Source: Eledone cirrhosa (lineage: Eukaryota). From it: DNA of 64,000 nt. The stretch lies in the NCBI GenBank assembly GCA_964016885.1, contig OZ024743.1, positions 256,184,001-256,248,000 of the forward strand, written 5' to 3'. The position numbers and the translations under genes were made by a program. Below the pieces are notes generated by a model. It had not been told where the DNA came from, did not search any database, and saw only the letters and a list, made by a program, of their open reading frames with translations. Positions 1-14,320 of the stretch are shown here, one piece after another; positions within the stretch are counted from its first letter, which is position 1; every line of letters starts with the position of its first letter.

Positions 1-3000
1 ATGTAAACGTAAGGTACAGACTTCATCTCTCTCTCCTCTCTCTCTCTCATTTCGTATTTCAAGTCCAAATAGCCATTCTATCGCTAAAACAAACTACATT
101 TTCTGTTCCTATTAAGTGCTAAATACGTTTAGGTTTTTGGACGTATTTAACTGAACAAATTTTGTATTTTTGTTAATCGCTTGTTAAATGCATAGACAAA
201 TCTCAATCATTACCTTCTTGCTAGCTATTTTCAAACCTTAATTCCTAACGTATTTTCAAACCCCAAAAAAAGCAAAATCCTTTCCTTCTTCCTTCTTCGA
301 AGGCACGGGGCGGTCAAACGCCTAACACCCACAGCCATCATGTGGCCCCCTACCCTCGCACTCTCTCTCTCTCTCTCTCTCTCCCTATAAATATATGATA
401 GGAATTCACTTCGCCAAATTTCATTTCTTTGCCTGCTGTCCGAACGAAAATCATGTAAACGTAAGGTACAGACTTCATCTCTCTCTCCTCTCTCTCTCTC
501 ATTTCGTATTTCAAGTCCAAATAGCCATTCTATCGCTAAAACAAACTACATTTTCTGTTCCTATTAAGTGCTAAATACGTTTAGGTTTTTGGACGTATTT
601 AACTGAACAAATTTTGTATTTTTGTTAATCGCTTGTTAAATGCATAGACAAATCTCAATCATTACCTTCTTGCTAGCTATTTTCAAACCTTAATTCCTAA
701 CGTATTTTCAAACCCCAAAAAAAGCAAAATCCTTTCCTTCTTCCTTCTTCGAAGGCACGGGGCGGTCAAACGCCTAACACCCACAGCCATCATGTGGCCC
801 CCTACCCTCGCACTCTCTCTCTCTCTCTCTCTCTCTCCCTATAAATATATGATAGGAATTCACTTCGCCAAATTTCATTTCTTTGCCTGCTGTCCGAACG
901 AAAATCATGTAAACGTAAGGTACAGACTTCATCTCTCTCTCCTCTCTCTCTCTCATTTCGTATTTCAAGTCCAAATAGCCATTCTATCGCTAAAACAAAC
1001 TACATTTTCTGTTCCTATTAAGTGCTAAATACGTTTAGGTTTTTGGACGTATTTAACTGAACAAATTTTGTATTTTTGTTAATCGCTTGTTAAATGCATA
1101 GACAAATCTCAATCATTACCTTCTTGCTAGCTATTTTCAAACCTTAATTCCTAACGTATTTTCAAACCCCAAAAAAAGCAAAATCCTTTCCTTCTTCCTT
1201 CTTCGAAGGCACGGGGCGGTCAAACGCCTAACACCCACAGCCATCATGTGGCCCCCTACCCTCGCACTCTCTCTCTCTCTCTCTCTCTCCCTATAAATAT
1301 ATGATAGGAATTCACTTCGCCAAATTTCATTTCTTTGCCTGCTGTCCGAACGAAAATCATGTAAACGTAAGGTACAGACTTCATCTCTCTCTCCTCTCTC
1401 TCTCTCATTTCGTATTTCAAGTCCAAATAGCCATTCTATCGCTAAAACAAACTACATTTTCTGTTCCTATTAAGTGCTAAATACGTTTAGGTTTTTGGAC
1501 GTATTTAACTGAACAAATTTTGTATTTTTGTTAATCGCTTGTTAAATGCATAGACAAATCTCAATCATTACCTTCTTGCTAGCTATTTTCAAACCTTAAT
1601 TCCTAACGTATTTTCAAACCCCAAAAAAAGCAAAATCCTTTCCTTCTTCCTTCTTCGAAGGCACGGGGCGGTCAAACGCCTAACACCCACAGCCATCATG
1701 TGGCCCCCTACCCTCGCACTCTCTCTCTCTCTCTCTCTCTCCCTATAAATATATGATAGGAATTCACTTCGCCAAATTTCATTTCTTTGCCTGCTGTCCG
1801 AACGAAAATCATGTAAACGTAAGGTACAGACTTCATCTCTCTCTCCTCTCTCTCTCTCATTTCGTATTTCAAGTCCAAATAGCCATTCTATCGCTAAAAC
1901 AAACTACATTTTCTGTTCCTATTAAGTGCTAAATACGTTTAGGTTTTTGGACGTATTTAACTGAACAAATTTTGTATTTTTGTTAATCGCTTGTTAAATG
2001 CATAGACAAATCTCAATCATTACCTTCTTGCTAGCTATTTTCAAACCTTAATTCCTAACGTATTTTCAAACCCCAAAAAAAGCAAAATCCTTTCCTTCTT
2101 CCTTCTTCGAAGGCACGGGGCGGTCAAACGCCTAACACCCACAGCCATCATGTGGCCCCCTACCCTCGCACTCTCTCTCTCTCTCTCTCTCTCCCTATAA
2201 ATATATGATAGGAATTCACTTCGCCAAATTTCATTTCTTTGCCTGCTGTCCGAACGAAAATCATGTAAACGTAAGGTACAGACTTCATCTCTCTCTCCTC
2301 TCTCTCTCTCATTTCGTATTTCAAGTCCAAATAGCCATTCTATCGCTAAAACAAACTACATTTTCTGTTCCTATTAAGTGCTAAATACGTTTAGGTTTTT
2401 GGACGTATTTAACTGAACAAATTTTGTATTTTTGTTAATCGCTTGTTAAATGCATAGACAAATCTCAATCATTACCTTCTTGCTAGCTATTTTCAAACCT
2501 TAATTCCTAACGTATTTTCAAACCCCAAAAAAAGCAAAATCCTTTCCTTCTTCCTTCTTCGAAGGCACGGGGCGGTCAAACGCCTAACACCCACAGCCAT
2601 CATGTGGCCCCCTACCCTCGCACTCTCTCTCTCTCTCTCTCTCTCCCTATAAATATATGATAGGAATTCACTTCGCCAAATTTCATTTCTTTGCCTGCTG
2701 TCCGAACGAAAATCATGTAAACGTAAGGTACAGACTTCATCTCTCTCTCCTCTCTCTCTCTCATTTCGTATTTCAAGTCCAAATAGCCATTCTATCGCTA
2801 AAACAAACTACATTTTCTGTTCCTATTAAGTGCTAAATACGTTTAGGTTTTTGGACGTATTTAACTGAACAAATTTTGTATTTTTGTTAATCGCTTGTTA
2901 AATGCATAGACAAATCTCAATCATTACCTTCTTGCTAGCTATTTTCAAACCTTAATTCCTAACGTATTTTCAAACCCCAAAAAAAGCAAAATCCTTTCCT

Positions 3001-3968
3001 TCTTCCTTCTTCGAAGGCACGGGGCGGTCAAACGCCTAACACCCACAGCCATCATGTGGCCCCCTACCCTCGCACTCTCTCTCTCTCTCTCTCTCTCCCT
3101 ATAAATATATGATAGGAATTCACTTCGCCAAATTTCATTTCTTTGCCTGCTGTCCGAACGAAAATCATGTAAACGTAAGGTACAGACTTCATCTCTCTCT
3201 CCTCTCTCTCTCTCATTTCGTATTTCAAGTCCAAATAGCCATTCTATCGCTAAAACAAACTACATTTTCTGTTCCTATTAAGTGCTAAATACGTTTAGGT
3301 TTTTGGACGTATTTAACTGAACAAATTTTGTATTTTTGTTAATCGCTTGTTAAATGCATAGACAAATCTCAATCATTACCTTCTTGCTAGCTATTTTCAA
3401 ACCTTAATTCCTAACGTATTTTCAAACCCCAAAAAAAGCAAAATCCTTTCCTTCTTCCTTCTTCGAAGGCACGGGGCGGTCAAACGCCTAACACCCACAG
3501 CCATCATGTGGCCCCCTACCCTCGCACTCTCTCTCTCTCTCTCTCTCTCCCTATAAATATATGATAGGAATTCACTTCGCCAAATTTCATTTCTTTGCCT
3601 GCTGTCCGAACGAAAATCATGTAAACGTAAGGTACAGACTTCATCTCTCTCTCCTCTCTCTCTCTCATTTCGTATTTCAAGTCCAAATAGCCATTCTATC
3701 GCTAAAACAAACTACATTTTCTGTTCCTATTAAGTGCTAAATACGTTTAGGTTTTTGGACGTATTTAACTGAACAAATTTTGTATTTTTGTTAATCGCTT
3801 GTTAAATGCATAGACAAATCTCAATCATTACCTTCTTGCTAGCTATTTTCAAACCTTAATTCCTAACGTATTTTCAAACCCCAAAAAAAGCAAAATCCTT
3901 TCCTTCTTCCTTCTTCGAAGGCACGGGGCGGTCAAACGCCTAACACCCACAGCCATCATGTGGCCCCC
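1..3968. repeat. Tandem satellite array, 452-bp unit, about 8.8 near-identical copies, truncated by the window start and the N gap
   Basis: ATGTAAACGTAAGG recurs at 1, 453, 907, 1359, 1811, 2263, 2715, 3167, 3619. Spacing is 452 bp, except one 454-bp unit with an extra CT. Confidence 0.98.
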
Positions 3969-4168
3969 NNNNNNNNNNNNNNNNNNNNNNNNNNNNNNNN
4001 NNNNNNNNNNNNNNNNNNNNNNNNNNNNNNNNNNNNNNNNNNNNNNNNNNNNNNNNNNNNNNNNNNNNNNNNNNNNNNNNNNNNNNNNNNNNNNNNNNNN
4101 NNNNNNNNNNNNNNNNNNNNNNNNNNNNNNNNNNNNNNNNNNNNNNNNNNNNNNNNNNNNNNNNNNNN
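3969..4168. other. Assembly gap (200 N)
   Basis: Run of N. Confidence 1.
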
Positions 4169-6068
4169 AAACCATATCAGCCTTTGGTTTTCTCTTGGAT
4201 TAAAATCGGTGGCACATAGTGATGAGAGACTGGTATTCATGGACGACTACTGATCTTTCAGAAAACAACTTCCAAGTCTTGCCTCCTGGAGAGGAACCTT
4301 CCATGTGCAAGCCCATGGTCAGTCATGATTCAAAGGGCCAGCCTTGTCACATACTGTATCATGCTGAATCTCCCAGAGAGTTATGTTAGAGGTATCTTTA
4401 ACATTTAATATCTGTTGAATATTCAACTATTTCCATTTTGTAATACTAGATGGACTGCACTTGTAATTTAATAGGCAAGTCTGGTCACACATATTTTGTC
4501 AAGTTGAATCTCTCTGAAAATCATCTCAAAGATACACATTTCTATGGTATGATGAGCCACATATATGAGAAAATAAAACAGAAACTCACATTCCATTAGC
4601 TCTGAAGATTTAACACAGTAAATATTTATTTTGAAATATTTCTGGCTTCAAGCAATTTAGGTTTCTGTATTGGATTTATATTTGATTATTATTATTTTTT
4701 GTTTAGACAGTAATCAGATTTCAACCTTTAGTAGGTGAGGGTCAAATCATTCGCTATTCCCATCATCATTTATTTTTCATTCCCTGAAATTTGTTGACCA
4801 GTTCTTACTCTCTGTCAATTTCTAGAAACTCCATTCTACAGATGCCAAATTACTTAATCTAAAGTGGAAAACGAACAAAGTGTTTTATTTCATATTACAT
4901 GCTTATATTTTAATTTGCATGTTTATACAAACTATTCTAGCATGACAAATGACTTTATACATCACATTCTGTTTTCATTTTCTTTGAAAAAGAGGGTTTT
5001 GAGCATGGAATACCATAAAACATAAGCTACTTTACTTTACTCCTGTTGTCACTTTTTTCATTTCTAATTTCTAACTTGCATTTTACTGACTTTCCTCAAA
5101 GATGGAACAAAGATGCTTTAAATAATACCCCATATGTCATTTCTGTGATTACGCAGTGAAGGTCACATTAGGTGAGGAAGATATAGTATTTCTATTATGA
5201 AGTTTATGATATTCCATCAGAAGCAGTGAACAGGAAAAAAATGTTTTCTGCTCTGAGTTCAAATGCTACCATAGATAAATTTATTATTCATCCTTTAAAG
5301 GATTGACAAAATAAGATAACAGTAGCAAGTAGTGGATTGGTAAAATTGTTAGAACATCAGATGAGAGATCTTGTGTTAAATATACATGACGTGAGCATTG
5401 TAGAGTATCTGTCTAACAAATTCACTAACAAAGAGTTAGTAAACCTAAGGCTTTAGTAGAAGACATTAAGACATTTAACCAATGTACCACACAGTGGAAT
5501 AGAACCCAAGACCACATGGTTATGAAGTAAACGTCTTAACCACACAATTATGCCTGCACTGTATCTAACACAAACAGAAAATAATGTAAGTGTTAGGAAG
5601 GTAAATGTGAAAGCTGTTATTATTCACACAAAACTATTTCCAGATTGTAGCATCAATAATATTATCATACAAACTTCATTATCTTCATGATAAAATATTC
5701 AGAAAAATAACGAGATATTTAAGAAAAGACATTCATATCGTATTTTACTGTCTTGTAATATAGATAGACATATTATAGCTTATAGCAAAAGTTTAATTAC
5801 AAAACACTCATTAAGTGTTTTTCGAAAATAAAGTAGGTTTTTCTGTTAGATAGACTTACAGTGACAGCAGGGAAAGTGAAAGTAGGTAAACATGTGACTG
5901 CATGTGAGACGACACATGTTCCATCTACAAAATATACAAAATAATATTTCATATTTAATAACAGCCATTTTAACCTCACACTTATATTTCAGTCAGCAGA
6001 ACATTGCCTATATATTAATAAATATTTCTGCATGTTCTGAAGATGCAATATTGAAGAATAAAATATAA

Positions 6069-6115
<47 letters not shown>

Positions 6116-6163
6116 TAAGTGTGAAGAGCAAATAGACAAAAATACCTAATTTCTCTTCGAAAT

Positions 6164-6191
6164 TCTGACTGCGCAGTTTCGCCATCTGGTA
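6164..6191 (-). ncRNA. Partial hammerhead ribozyme (3' half only)
   Basis: Minus strand TGGC-GAAAC-TGCGCA-GTC-AGA: GAAA, palindromic stem III and GUC triplet. No matching CUGANGA half found. Confidence 0.4.
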
Positions 6192-6699
6192 TCCAGCTAA
6201 AGTGCACTCAAGCTGTGAGGCTGTTAGCTTGTCAAGAGACTCCTTCAGTGTAAGGACACATTCTCTGAACTGATCGCTACCAGTAAAATTTTCAAAAGAG
6301 AGAATTATCATGTGGTTTTCCAGTCAATACAGAGAGGTGATAAAGGGTGGACTGAAAGTGAGTAACAGAGTTGCTAGAAGAAGCAGTCTGTTTTAGCCTA
6401 ATTTTTTACTTAACCATAAGGGAGTTAGGACAAATTATAGAAAATACATATATATATATATATATATATACATAAGTCTAAACACATATATGTGCAGTGT
6501 CCATCCTTTACCAGTTATGCTCAATTAATGAATGAATAAATAAACAATCAATTAATCAGGGTTACATAAAATTATAATTGTAAAGAGCAAATAGACAAAA
6601 ATACCTAATTTTTCTTCAAAGTCGCGGCTGCATAGTTATACATATGATAAAGTTATATCTATATAAATACAGAATGTATAACCGAAACTGCACTATGTA

Positions 6700-6985
6700 T
6701 CTGTTAGACACGCAGTGACTAACAACAGAATGTTTTAAGTCTGTGTGTCTGACATATATGCGTAGCTTGTGAATAAAAAATTCAAGGGTGTCGCTGGCCA
6801 TGGTGATCGCCAAACGTGTTTTATAATGTGTCGTCTTATTGGCTAATCAACCAATGAGAGTAATTGTTGCTCAAAAGCATCTGCCATTTTGTTTGCACGT
6901 TTATTTATCGTTTCGCTGTCGAATCTTCCTCCTGTATTTCGTCGTTTATCATCAAAATATTTTTCTCGTTTTGGTAAGTTATATT
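6700..6985 (+). repeat. Dispersed repeat, same family as the HHR-bearing cassette at 33390-34155 (opposite orientation)
   Basis: TCTGTTAGACACGCAGTGACTAACAACAGAATG... is the reverse complement of about 33850-34153. Confidence 0.85.
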
Positions 6986-7420
6986 GTTAATTTATATATG
7001 ATTTTTTTAATTTATATTAACTATTTTTTTTTTCAGTTAATTATAACATGCTTATAATATTGGTTGTATCATATTTACTTATATATTTGTACATATTATT
7101 GTTCATTTTATGTTAGATTATTTTATTATTATTATGTTAGATTATTTTTTTATTATTATGTTAGACTATTTGTATATAATATTTAATTTTTATTAATTTA
7201 ACTATAACAATTATTATGTAAAATATATTTATTTAATATTGATTGTTTTTTGTAGTTGTTTATATTAAAAGTCTGAAAATATTTTTATACTTCTTACAAT
7301 AATATTTATAAGATGATTTATAAAATAACAATTATATAATCTAATTACATTACAACGATAATTTATTATTAATATATATCATGTTTAACTAGAGTTATTA
7401 CAAGCGTTGACTTAAACAAA

Positions 7421-7708
7421 TATTAAACTAGACCTGAAAAATGTGCAATCTCAAAAGAGCCACAGAATGTTATAATAAACCTTCAAAAGTGTGGGACTAC
7501 AGTTGTTGCTGAAAAATATTGTAATCATTATCTATCGTACATTCTGTGGCATCCTTTATAAAAATATTACAATAAATACATCTAGAGTGTACGATAGATA
7601 ATGATTACAATATTTTTTAACAACAACTCTAGTCCCACACTTTTGAAGGTTTATTATAACATTCTGTGGCTCTTTTGAGCTTGCGCATTTTTCAGGTCTA
7701 GTCTAATA
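7421..7708. repeat. Fold-back inverted repeat, arms about 125 bp
   Basis: 7421-7553 is the reverse complement of 7586-7708 (AAAAGAGCCACAGAATGTTATAATAAACCTTCAAAAGTGTGGGACTA / TAGTCCCACACTTTTGAAGGTTTATTATAACATTCTGTGGCTCTTTT). Confidence 0.92.
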
Positions 7709-8474
7709 CACACATATCTAATATCTAATATGTAAACACATATAAGCATGGAAAAATAGGAATAAATATGAAGTTTCTGGAGTCAACTGCTTTGTTTATA
7801 CACACACGCACACATACACACACACACATACACACACACATACACACGCACACACACACACACATACACACACATACACACAGACATATACACACACATA
7901 TATATAATGGTGAAACCAGCTTTCAGGAAGTGTGCTGAATCTTGCAAAGATAACAAAATAAAAGAGACAAGCCGAAGGACACCTCAGTGGAGAGGACATG
8001 ACCAAAATGGAAAGGGATGGACAGACGAATGTCCGTCATTGTGATGATTCATGTTTATTCTTGCCAAGAGTGATAAAAGATACTTTAACAAAAGTAGAGC
8101 AATAATTAGTTTTAAACTTCAAGCAACCATATTGAAGTTCTGAGAAATACTTTGTTATTCATCACCCAATGGTTTATAAATGGAATACCAGTAATATTAG
8201 ATTTATTCTATCCATTTCACACCTATTGTCCCATTTTTTTCAGAAAGCTGGATCCTTCTCCAGTGAAAATAATTAGATATAATTCACATATCTAAAAGGG
8301 GTCATGACAGAATCTCCAAAGATATCGAAAGCATAAATCGGTATTGGTAAATTTTAAATTGATATTCTGCTTCCAAATGTGAGTATTGGCATTTTGGAGA
8401 GATGAGATGACACTGAAACATAATATATATGCATATATATATAAATACATACATACTTATATAAAAACACATAC

Positions 8475-8507
<33 letters not shown>

Positions 8508-9223
8508 AGTATGTATGTATATATATGTGATATATATATAGGTACGTTTTACAAAAAATATATATGCCAGTCTATTTTTGAGAGAACAGAACATTAGAGC
8601 ATGGCATTACAATGGCAATGGTATTTATGTGTTTCATGTAGGAGAAAAATGGATAAATGGGCTTTGAAATGTGTGTGAAATGGAATAGATAATTAGCTGT
8701 GCTGTGAAATCCATTAGAACTCATCAGAAAGATTAATGGATTAAATAAACATTTTATTCAGTTTACCAAATCCTATGAAGATATATGTAATAGAAATCTA
8801 TGGAATAGAATTCCAAGCTCTTTTAGTATTCAACCCTAGAACCATCAAGTACTCCACCATTGAATACAAAACACACACTATTGCTTATATCATATTTTTT
8901 TTAAATTTTATTATCTTAATTTTTTTAATATATTTCTTTACATCTTTTATTTTTTATCTCATTTTTATACTTTGGAATATTCTATTTTTAACTTTTATTT
9001 ATTTTTATTTATTTTTTATTTACTCTTTTCATGATTTCAGTCATTAAACTGCTGCAGCCATGTTGGATCATCTAGTTGGTTTAGTTGATTATATCAACAC
9101 CATATCAACCCCAGTTCTTACTGGTTCAAGTCTGATACATATTTTATTGATCCAATATTTGTAGAACTGCTAAGTTACAGGATCTAAACACAAAGACACA
9201 ACACACACACATATATAAATATA

Positions 9224-9324
9224 CAGCGTGTCCCCCAAATATGTATACACATTTTGATTAGCTGTACAGGCAATATTTATTAGAATGCTGTTGAAGTGTG
9301 TATACATATTTGGGGGACACCTTG
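9224..9324. mobile_element. MITE of about 100 bp, Tc1/mariner-like
   Basis: TIRs CAGCGTGTCCCCCAAATATGTATACAC / GTGTATACATATTTGGGGGACACCTTG, preceded by TA. Confidence 0.7.
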
Positions 9325-9544
9325 TGTGTGTATATATATATATTTATTTATTCATAGATATGTCAGTTATTTAGTAATATCTGTTGATTACTGAAGGTAC
9401 CACCACATATACTGATTAAACAAGATGATTCCAGTTGAAAATGTAATGCACTGTGAGTATTACATATTATATTTTAAAATATTTTAAATTGAAACTTGTA
9501 ACTATCTTACACTAGATTTCTATTGCATATATATTCATAGTGTT

Positions 9545-10290
9545 TGGTAAACTGAATAAAATCTTATTTAATCCATTACGATATGAAAACTGGCAAAGCA
9601 GCTGGACCTTCAAGGGTAGTTGCTGAGATGATATTACATATATCTTCATAGGATCTCATAAACTGAATAAAAATTTATCTAATCTATTAGGATATGGAGA
9701 CAGGCAAAGCAGATAGACCTTCGGGGATAGATGCCAAGATGCAGAAAGTATCTGGAATGGTGGGTCAAACTCCAGTCGGCCGCATTTTAAACCAAGTAAT
9801 ACAAAATGGTGTCATACACAATGACTGGTATAGCAACATCACCACCAACAGTTACAAACACAAATGAGATACTATAGGCAGAGGAAAGTATAAAGGCATC
9901 GAGTTGATGGACCAGGTCATCAAGGTCACAAAAAGAGTTATAGTACAGCTGATCAGAGACTGAGTTAGCCCTAATGAAATGCAGTTTGGATTTGTGCTAA
10001 GTAAAAGTAGAATTGATGCCTTCTTTTTTGTGAGACAACTGAAATATCTAGCTAAAAGTAACCCCCCCCCCCACTTGTCATTTGTGGACCTGGAGGAAAC
10101 TTTTAACAGTGTCTCCCTTTCCATTATCTGGTGGGCTTTAAGAAAACTAGGAGTAGATGAGTGGATTGAGAGTGCAGTACAACCCATGTATAGAGGAACA
10201 GTCATCAGGGTTAGAATTAATAACAATTATAGTGAAGACTTTAGCACTGCTCTTTGTTCCATCCTGTTTATTATCATCCTCCAGGCTTTA
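9545..10290 (+). mobile_element. RTE-clade LINE reverse transcriptase fragment (decayed)
   Basis: MKTGKAAGPS..VAEM; MQFGFV..SRIDAFFFVRQL..HLSFVDLEETFNSV..IIWWALRKLGVDEW; stops and frameshifts. Confidence 0.88.
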
Positions 10291-10711
10291 CCACCACCAC
10301 CACATTCTAACACCCCACCCTTCATCCACATCCCTACACCACTACCCTTCTCCAGATAAGTGCCCCACTCTAGATCTATCACACCAATCCCCATGTACCT
10401 CCTCAACCCCAGCCGACAGTCCACACTGTAAGTATTGTTGGCATTAGGAAGAGCATCCAGCTATAAAAACTAAGCCTGAAACAGTTCTGTATGAGCAAGA
10501 CATAGTCATCTGATCTTGCTTATCTCACAGCAGGACAACTCATCTAGCCATGCCTGTGCCTATATCATTTTTAACTTTTCATTATTTCGTATTTAGTTAT
10601 TTTATTATGTTTTTGATTTTCTTAATTATATTTTGTATTTTTTTTTTTCATTTTTTTTCTTTATGTTTATTTTGTTATCATTATTTATGTTATCTAATTT
10701 ATTATATTATT

Positions 10712-11255
10712 ACCGAGGTTGACTTTGCCTTTCATCCTTACGGGGTCGATAAAATAAAGTACCAGTAATGCACTGGGTAATTGCTGGCCTTGTGCCTAAA
10801 GTAAAAACAATTATTTATGTTATTATCTAATTTTTAGGACACTGAGTTGGAAGATATGCATTAGTCAAAATAATATGCAGTATTTAGTTCAAACCCCAGC
10901 AAGATCAACTTTGCCTGTCATGTACTGGGCTTAATGCAATTGGCTTTCCTCTCCTTACAAATTGCTTGGCACAAGCCAAGGTTAGCTATGCCTTTCATCC
11001 TTACATGGTTGATAAAATAAAGTACCAAATACACACTGGAGTCGATTTAATCAACCTTCCCCTCACCCAAAATTGCTGGTCTTGGGCCTAAAGTAGAAAC
11101 AATTATTATTATTATTATGGGAAATGCCATTCTGAATTCAAATCCCGCCGAGGTTAACTTTGCCTTTCATCCTTACGTGGTCGATAAAATAAAGTACCAG
11201 TAATGCACTGGGTAATTGCTGGCCTTGTGCCAAAAAGTAGAAACAATTATTATTA
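10712..11255 (+). mobile_element. Cluster of SINE family A fragments (three or more)
   Basis: Repeated core GAGGTT(G/A)ACTTTGCCTTTCATCCTTACG..GTCGATAAAATAAAGTACCAG..GCTGGCCTTGTGCC..AGTAGAAACAATTATT at about 10712, 10978 and 11148. Confidence 0.8.
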
Positions 11256-12474
11256 TGGGAAATGGATTGGCAGTATCTGTCGAGTGGTAGACACAATGCT
11301 TTTTGGTATTTGTGGTAGTTATTACTTTCTAACTTTTGAGTTCAAATTCTTCCGAGATAAACTTTGCCTTTTACCCTTCCAGCATTAATAAAATAAACTA
11401 CTAGTTAAGTACTAGGGTCAATGTAACCAACTTTGGCTTCCCTGCAAATTACTAACATTCTGCCTAAATCATAAACCGTTATTATTAATATTATTATTAA
11501 TTATACTTATCATTACTCATTTTGCCAACTGTTTTCACTTTGGTGATGTACCCCATCCCCTATTCTGTGTTGTTTGCTCTTGTATAGTCTCCAATGTCAT
11601 GTGTACTTCTGGCTAATAAAAGAAATCATCATCAACATCATTACTATTATGATTTTTTCAATATTATTAGTAGTTTTATTCTGTTACTTATATAATATGT
11701 TATATGTAGAACAGGAATAAACATCATAGAGCAATATAGATGAGATTTATTTAAACACTAACACAGCAAAAGCATTTCAAAGATTCCAACAGTGTTTGCT
11801 CATCATATTTACATACTTAATCAGAAAAAATAGCCATAAATATCTCCCTATTTATTCTTACTTTTTTATATATTCCAGTTTACTTGCATGCACACACATA
11901 TCATAATGTGTGCATGTGTGTGTATATATATATATATATATATACACACACATATACATATATACATGCATACATATACATGCCTACGTATTCATGTTTT
12001 CACATGTACATACACTCATACATATATACATAAACACACATGCATGCATACAAAAAGAATAAAATACAAAAAGTAAAAACCCAGAAAACATTGAAATGTG
12101 TCATTTCTTAACAAAAGCCAGCAACACACAAAATCAAGAGGGACACCAACACTCTAACATATAGCTAGATAGAATTACATTATATTTTTTTACTTTTTAT
12201 TGTAATTTAATGGGTTTCTTTGTATTTCTATGCCTGCCCATCTCATACATGTCGCATTTAAAGCTAAGTGAAAAGCTCTGATCGCAGAGATGTGATTAGA
12301 TGCATGTCTGTTGGTGCAGCAAGACTGCCTGAGCATTCATCAGATGATTTACTACAGTAACAACTCAAAAGATGTACGCAAGTTTATTCGTCCGGGTGAT
12401 TTCCTTATTGACACTAATAATTGTTATTCATTCCACTTCATGGGCATATATATACATACACTTAGTCTATACTA

Positions 12475-12476
12475 TA

Positions 12477-12518
<42 letters not shown>

Positions 12519-12571
12519 TATATGTATATATATATACAATTTATTTGTATATATATGTATACATGTATATG

Positions 12572-12635
<64 letters not shown>

Positions 12636-12688
12636 TATACATATATATATATACAATATATTTGTATATATATGTATATATGTATATG

Positions 12689-12720
<32 letters not shown>

Positions 12721-12804
12721 TGCATATGTATATAAATATATATATATATGTCTATATATATATATATATGTCTATATATATATATGTATATGTATATATA
12801 TATG

Positions 12805-12872
<68 letters not shown>

Positions 12873-12893
12873 TATATGTATGTATATATATAT

Positions 12894-12926
<33 letters not shown>

Positions 12927-12930
12927 AACA
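12475..12930. repeat. (TA)n microsatellite
   Basis: Direct reading. Confidence 0.97.
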
Positions 12931-13149
12931 TACATGCATCTATATGTATGTGCATTACTTTTGTATCTAAATGGTATTTGATAAATTAGTGAGTCAATCA
13001 AGCTGTTTATTCAATAGATATGAAAACACACAAGGAATGCCTTGTGAAATACTCTTTCCACCTCCTTTTTCAATGCATCACCCCATGGAGCAATCGACAG
13101 ATTTGGGATGTGTATATGTGAGTGTGTCCATGTATATGTTCATATATTT

Positions 13150-13197
<48 letters not shown>

Positions 13198-13642
13198 TAT
13201 AAGAACAGATTAAAGTTTAAGCAAAGAATCACATGTATGTATGTATGTATGTATGTGTATATATATATATGTCTCCAACCTATGCAAGCATGGATAAGTT
13301 GATGTTAAAACGACAATGATGATGATAATGATCATGATATATATATATATGTAAGTGGTTGATGGTTGAGAGAGAAGCATACTAAATACTGAAGTAGGGT
13401 TTTAATATTCATTTAATATTTATTAAGGTGAAATAGTGAGTGTTTATCACAGAGTCACATATATATAGTGTTGAGAATTTCATAATGCATTTTATATCCA
13501 AAGTTAGCAGAGTACTCAATTTGGAAAACAAGTTATAAAACCCATATCATGATTAAATGAACAATATTAGATGAAAATGATATAAATTTAATCAAATTCT
13601 GTACGTCTATATGTATATGTATTTTGACTTGCAATTTCAACT

Positions 13643-13694
13643 GGCATTCCTGATGATTTCATACGAATGGAACAGTTCTAGTCCTGTAGAAGCC
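13643..13694 (+). ncRNA. Type I hammerhead ribozyme, degenerate (GAAA to GGAA), same family as 33473
   Basis: TTC-CTGATGA-TTTCATACGAAT-GGAACAG-TTCTAGTC-CTGTA-GAAG. Confidence 0.65.
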
Positions 13695-13719
13695 TTTTCT
13701 ATATAAACTAATATATATA

Positions 13720-14320
13720 CTAGCAGTTTAGCCCGATGTTGCTCGGGTTTGTTCATTGCTATGAAAATACAGGTAAACGTGGCTTGAAAGCAACTCAGCT
13801 TATCAATTAAGTGCATAAAGCAGTTGAACCGGTTATTAAAAGTTACGAACCAATTAGCATTTTGGACAATCAATGATGGGTTAATAATCTTCCAATAGTG
13901 AATTTAGCAAACCAAAGTTGCAAGATAGTGGACCTGATGCCGCTGGGTGTCAGATCTATCCGCCATGGGTGACCCTACCAGGAAATAGTTTTCCAGACGG
14001 CATAGCTCCAACACCTACACCAACATCCATAGCACCTCTTTGTAGACGATATTGCGTGTCATCCCTTGAGGAGTGTAATCAAAAAGTCCATTCCTGCTCC
14101 CTATGTGGGAACAGGCAACATCAAGTTGGCCATGGGAGAAGCATGGCTCCCCCAAATGGATGCCCGCCACCGAAAATGTTTGCCCTTGTGACTTGTTAAT
14201 GGACATGGCAAAACATGGTTTCACTGGGAATTGGGATCGCCGGAAATCGAACGGGATATCTGATGCCAAGGGGAAAAGGTTCATCCTTGCGAGTGTATTC
14301 GGCAGAAGTGCCAGAAGTAC
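13720..14320 (-). mobile_element. Helitron 3' end with Pif1-like helicase C-terminal fragment
   Basis: ORF 14015-14284: PFDFRRSQFPVKPCFAMSINKSQGQTF..GIHLGEPCFSHGQLDVACS. The minus strand ends in hairpin CCCGAGCAACATCGGG followed by CTAG at 13723-13720. Confidence 0.92.

Noticed and set aside
1-452. Satellite as a hammerhead retrozyme array
   Set aside because: No CUGANGA/GAAA pair with closing stems on either strand (CTGAACA and TCGAAGA do not fold correctly)
640-660. U7 snRNA-like Sm site (GATTTGTCTAT, minus strand) in the satellite
   Set aside because: Imperfect match, no clear 3' hairpin, and not conserved in the 46794 relative
3849-4253. ORFs spanning the N run
   Set aside because: Artefacts of the assembly gap
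8120-8330. Mariner C-terminal remnant on the minus strand
   Set aside because: Only a faint resemblance; not supportable without an alignment
12215-12347. Possible long-stem-II hammerhead on the minus strand (CATCTGATGAATGC...GCATAGAAATAC)
   Set aside because: Stems III and I do not close
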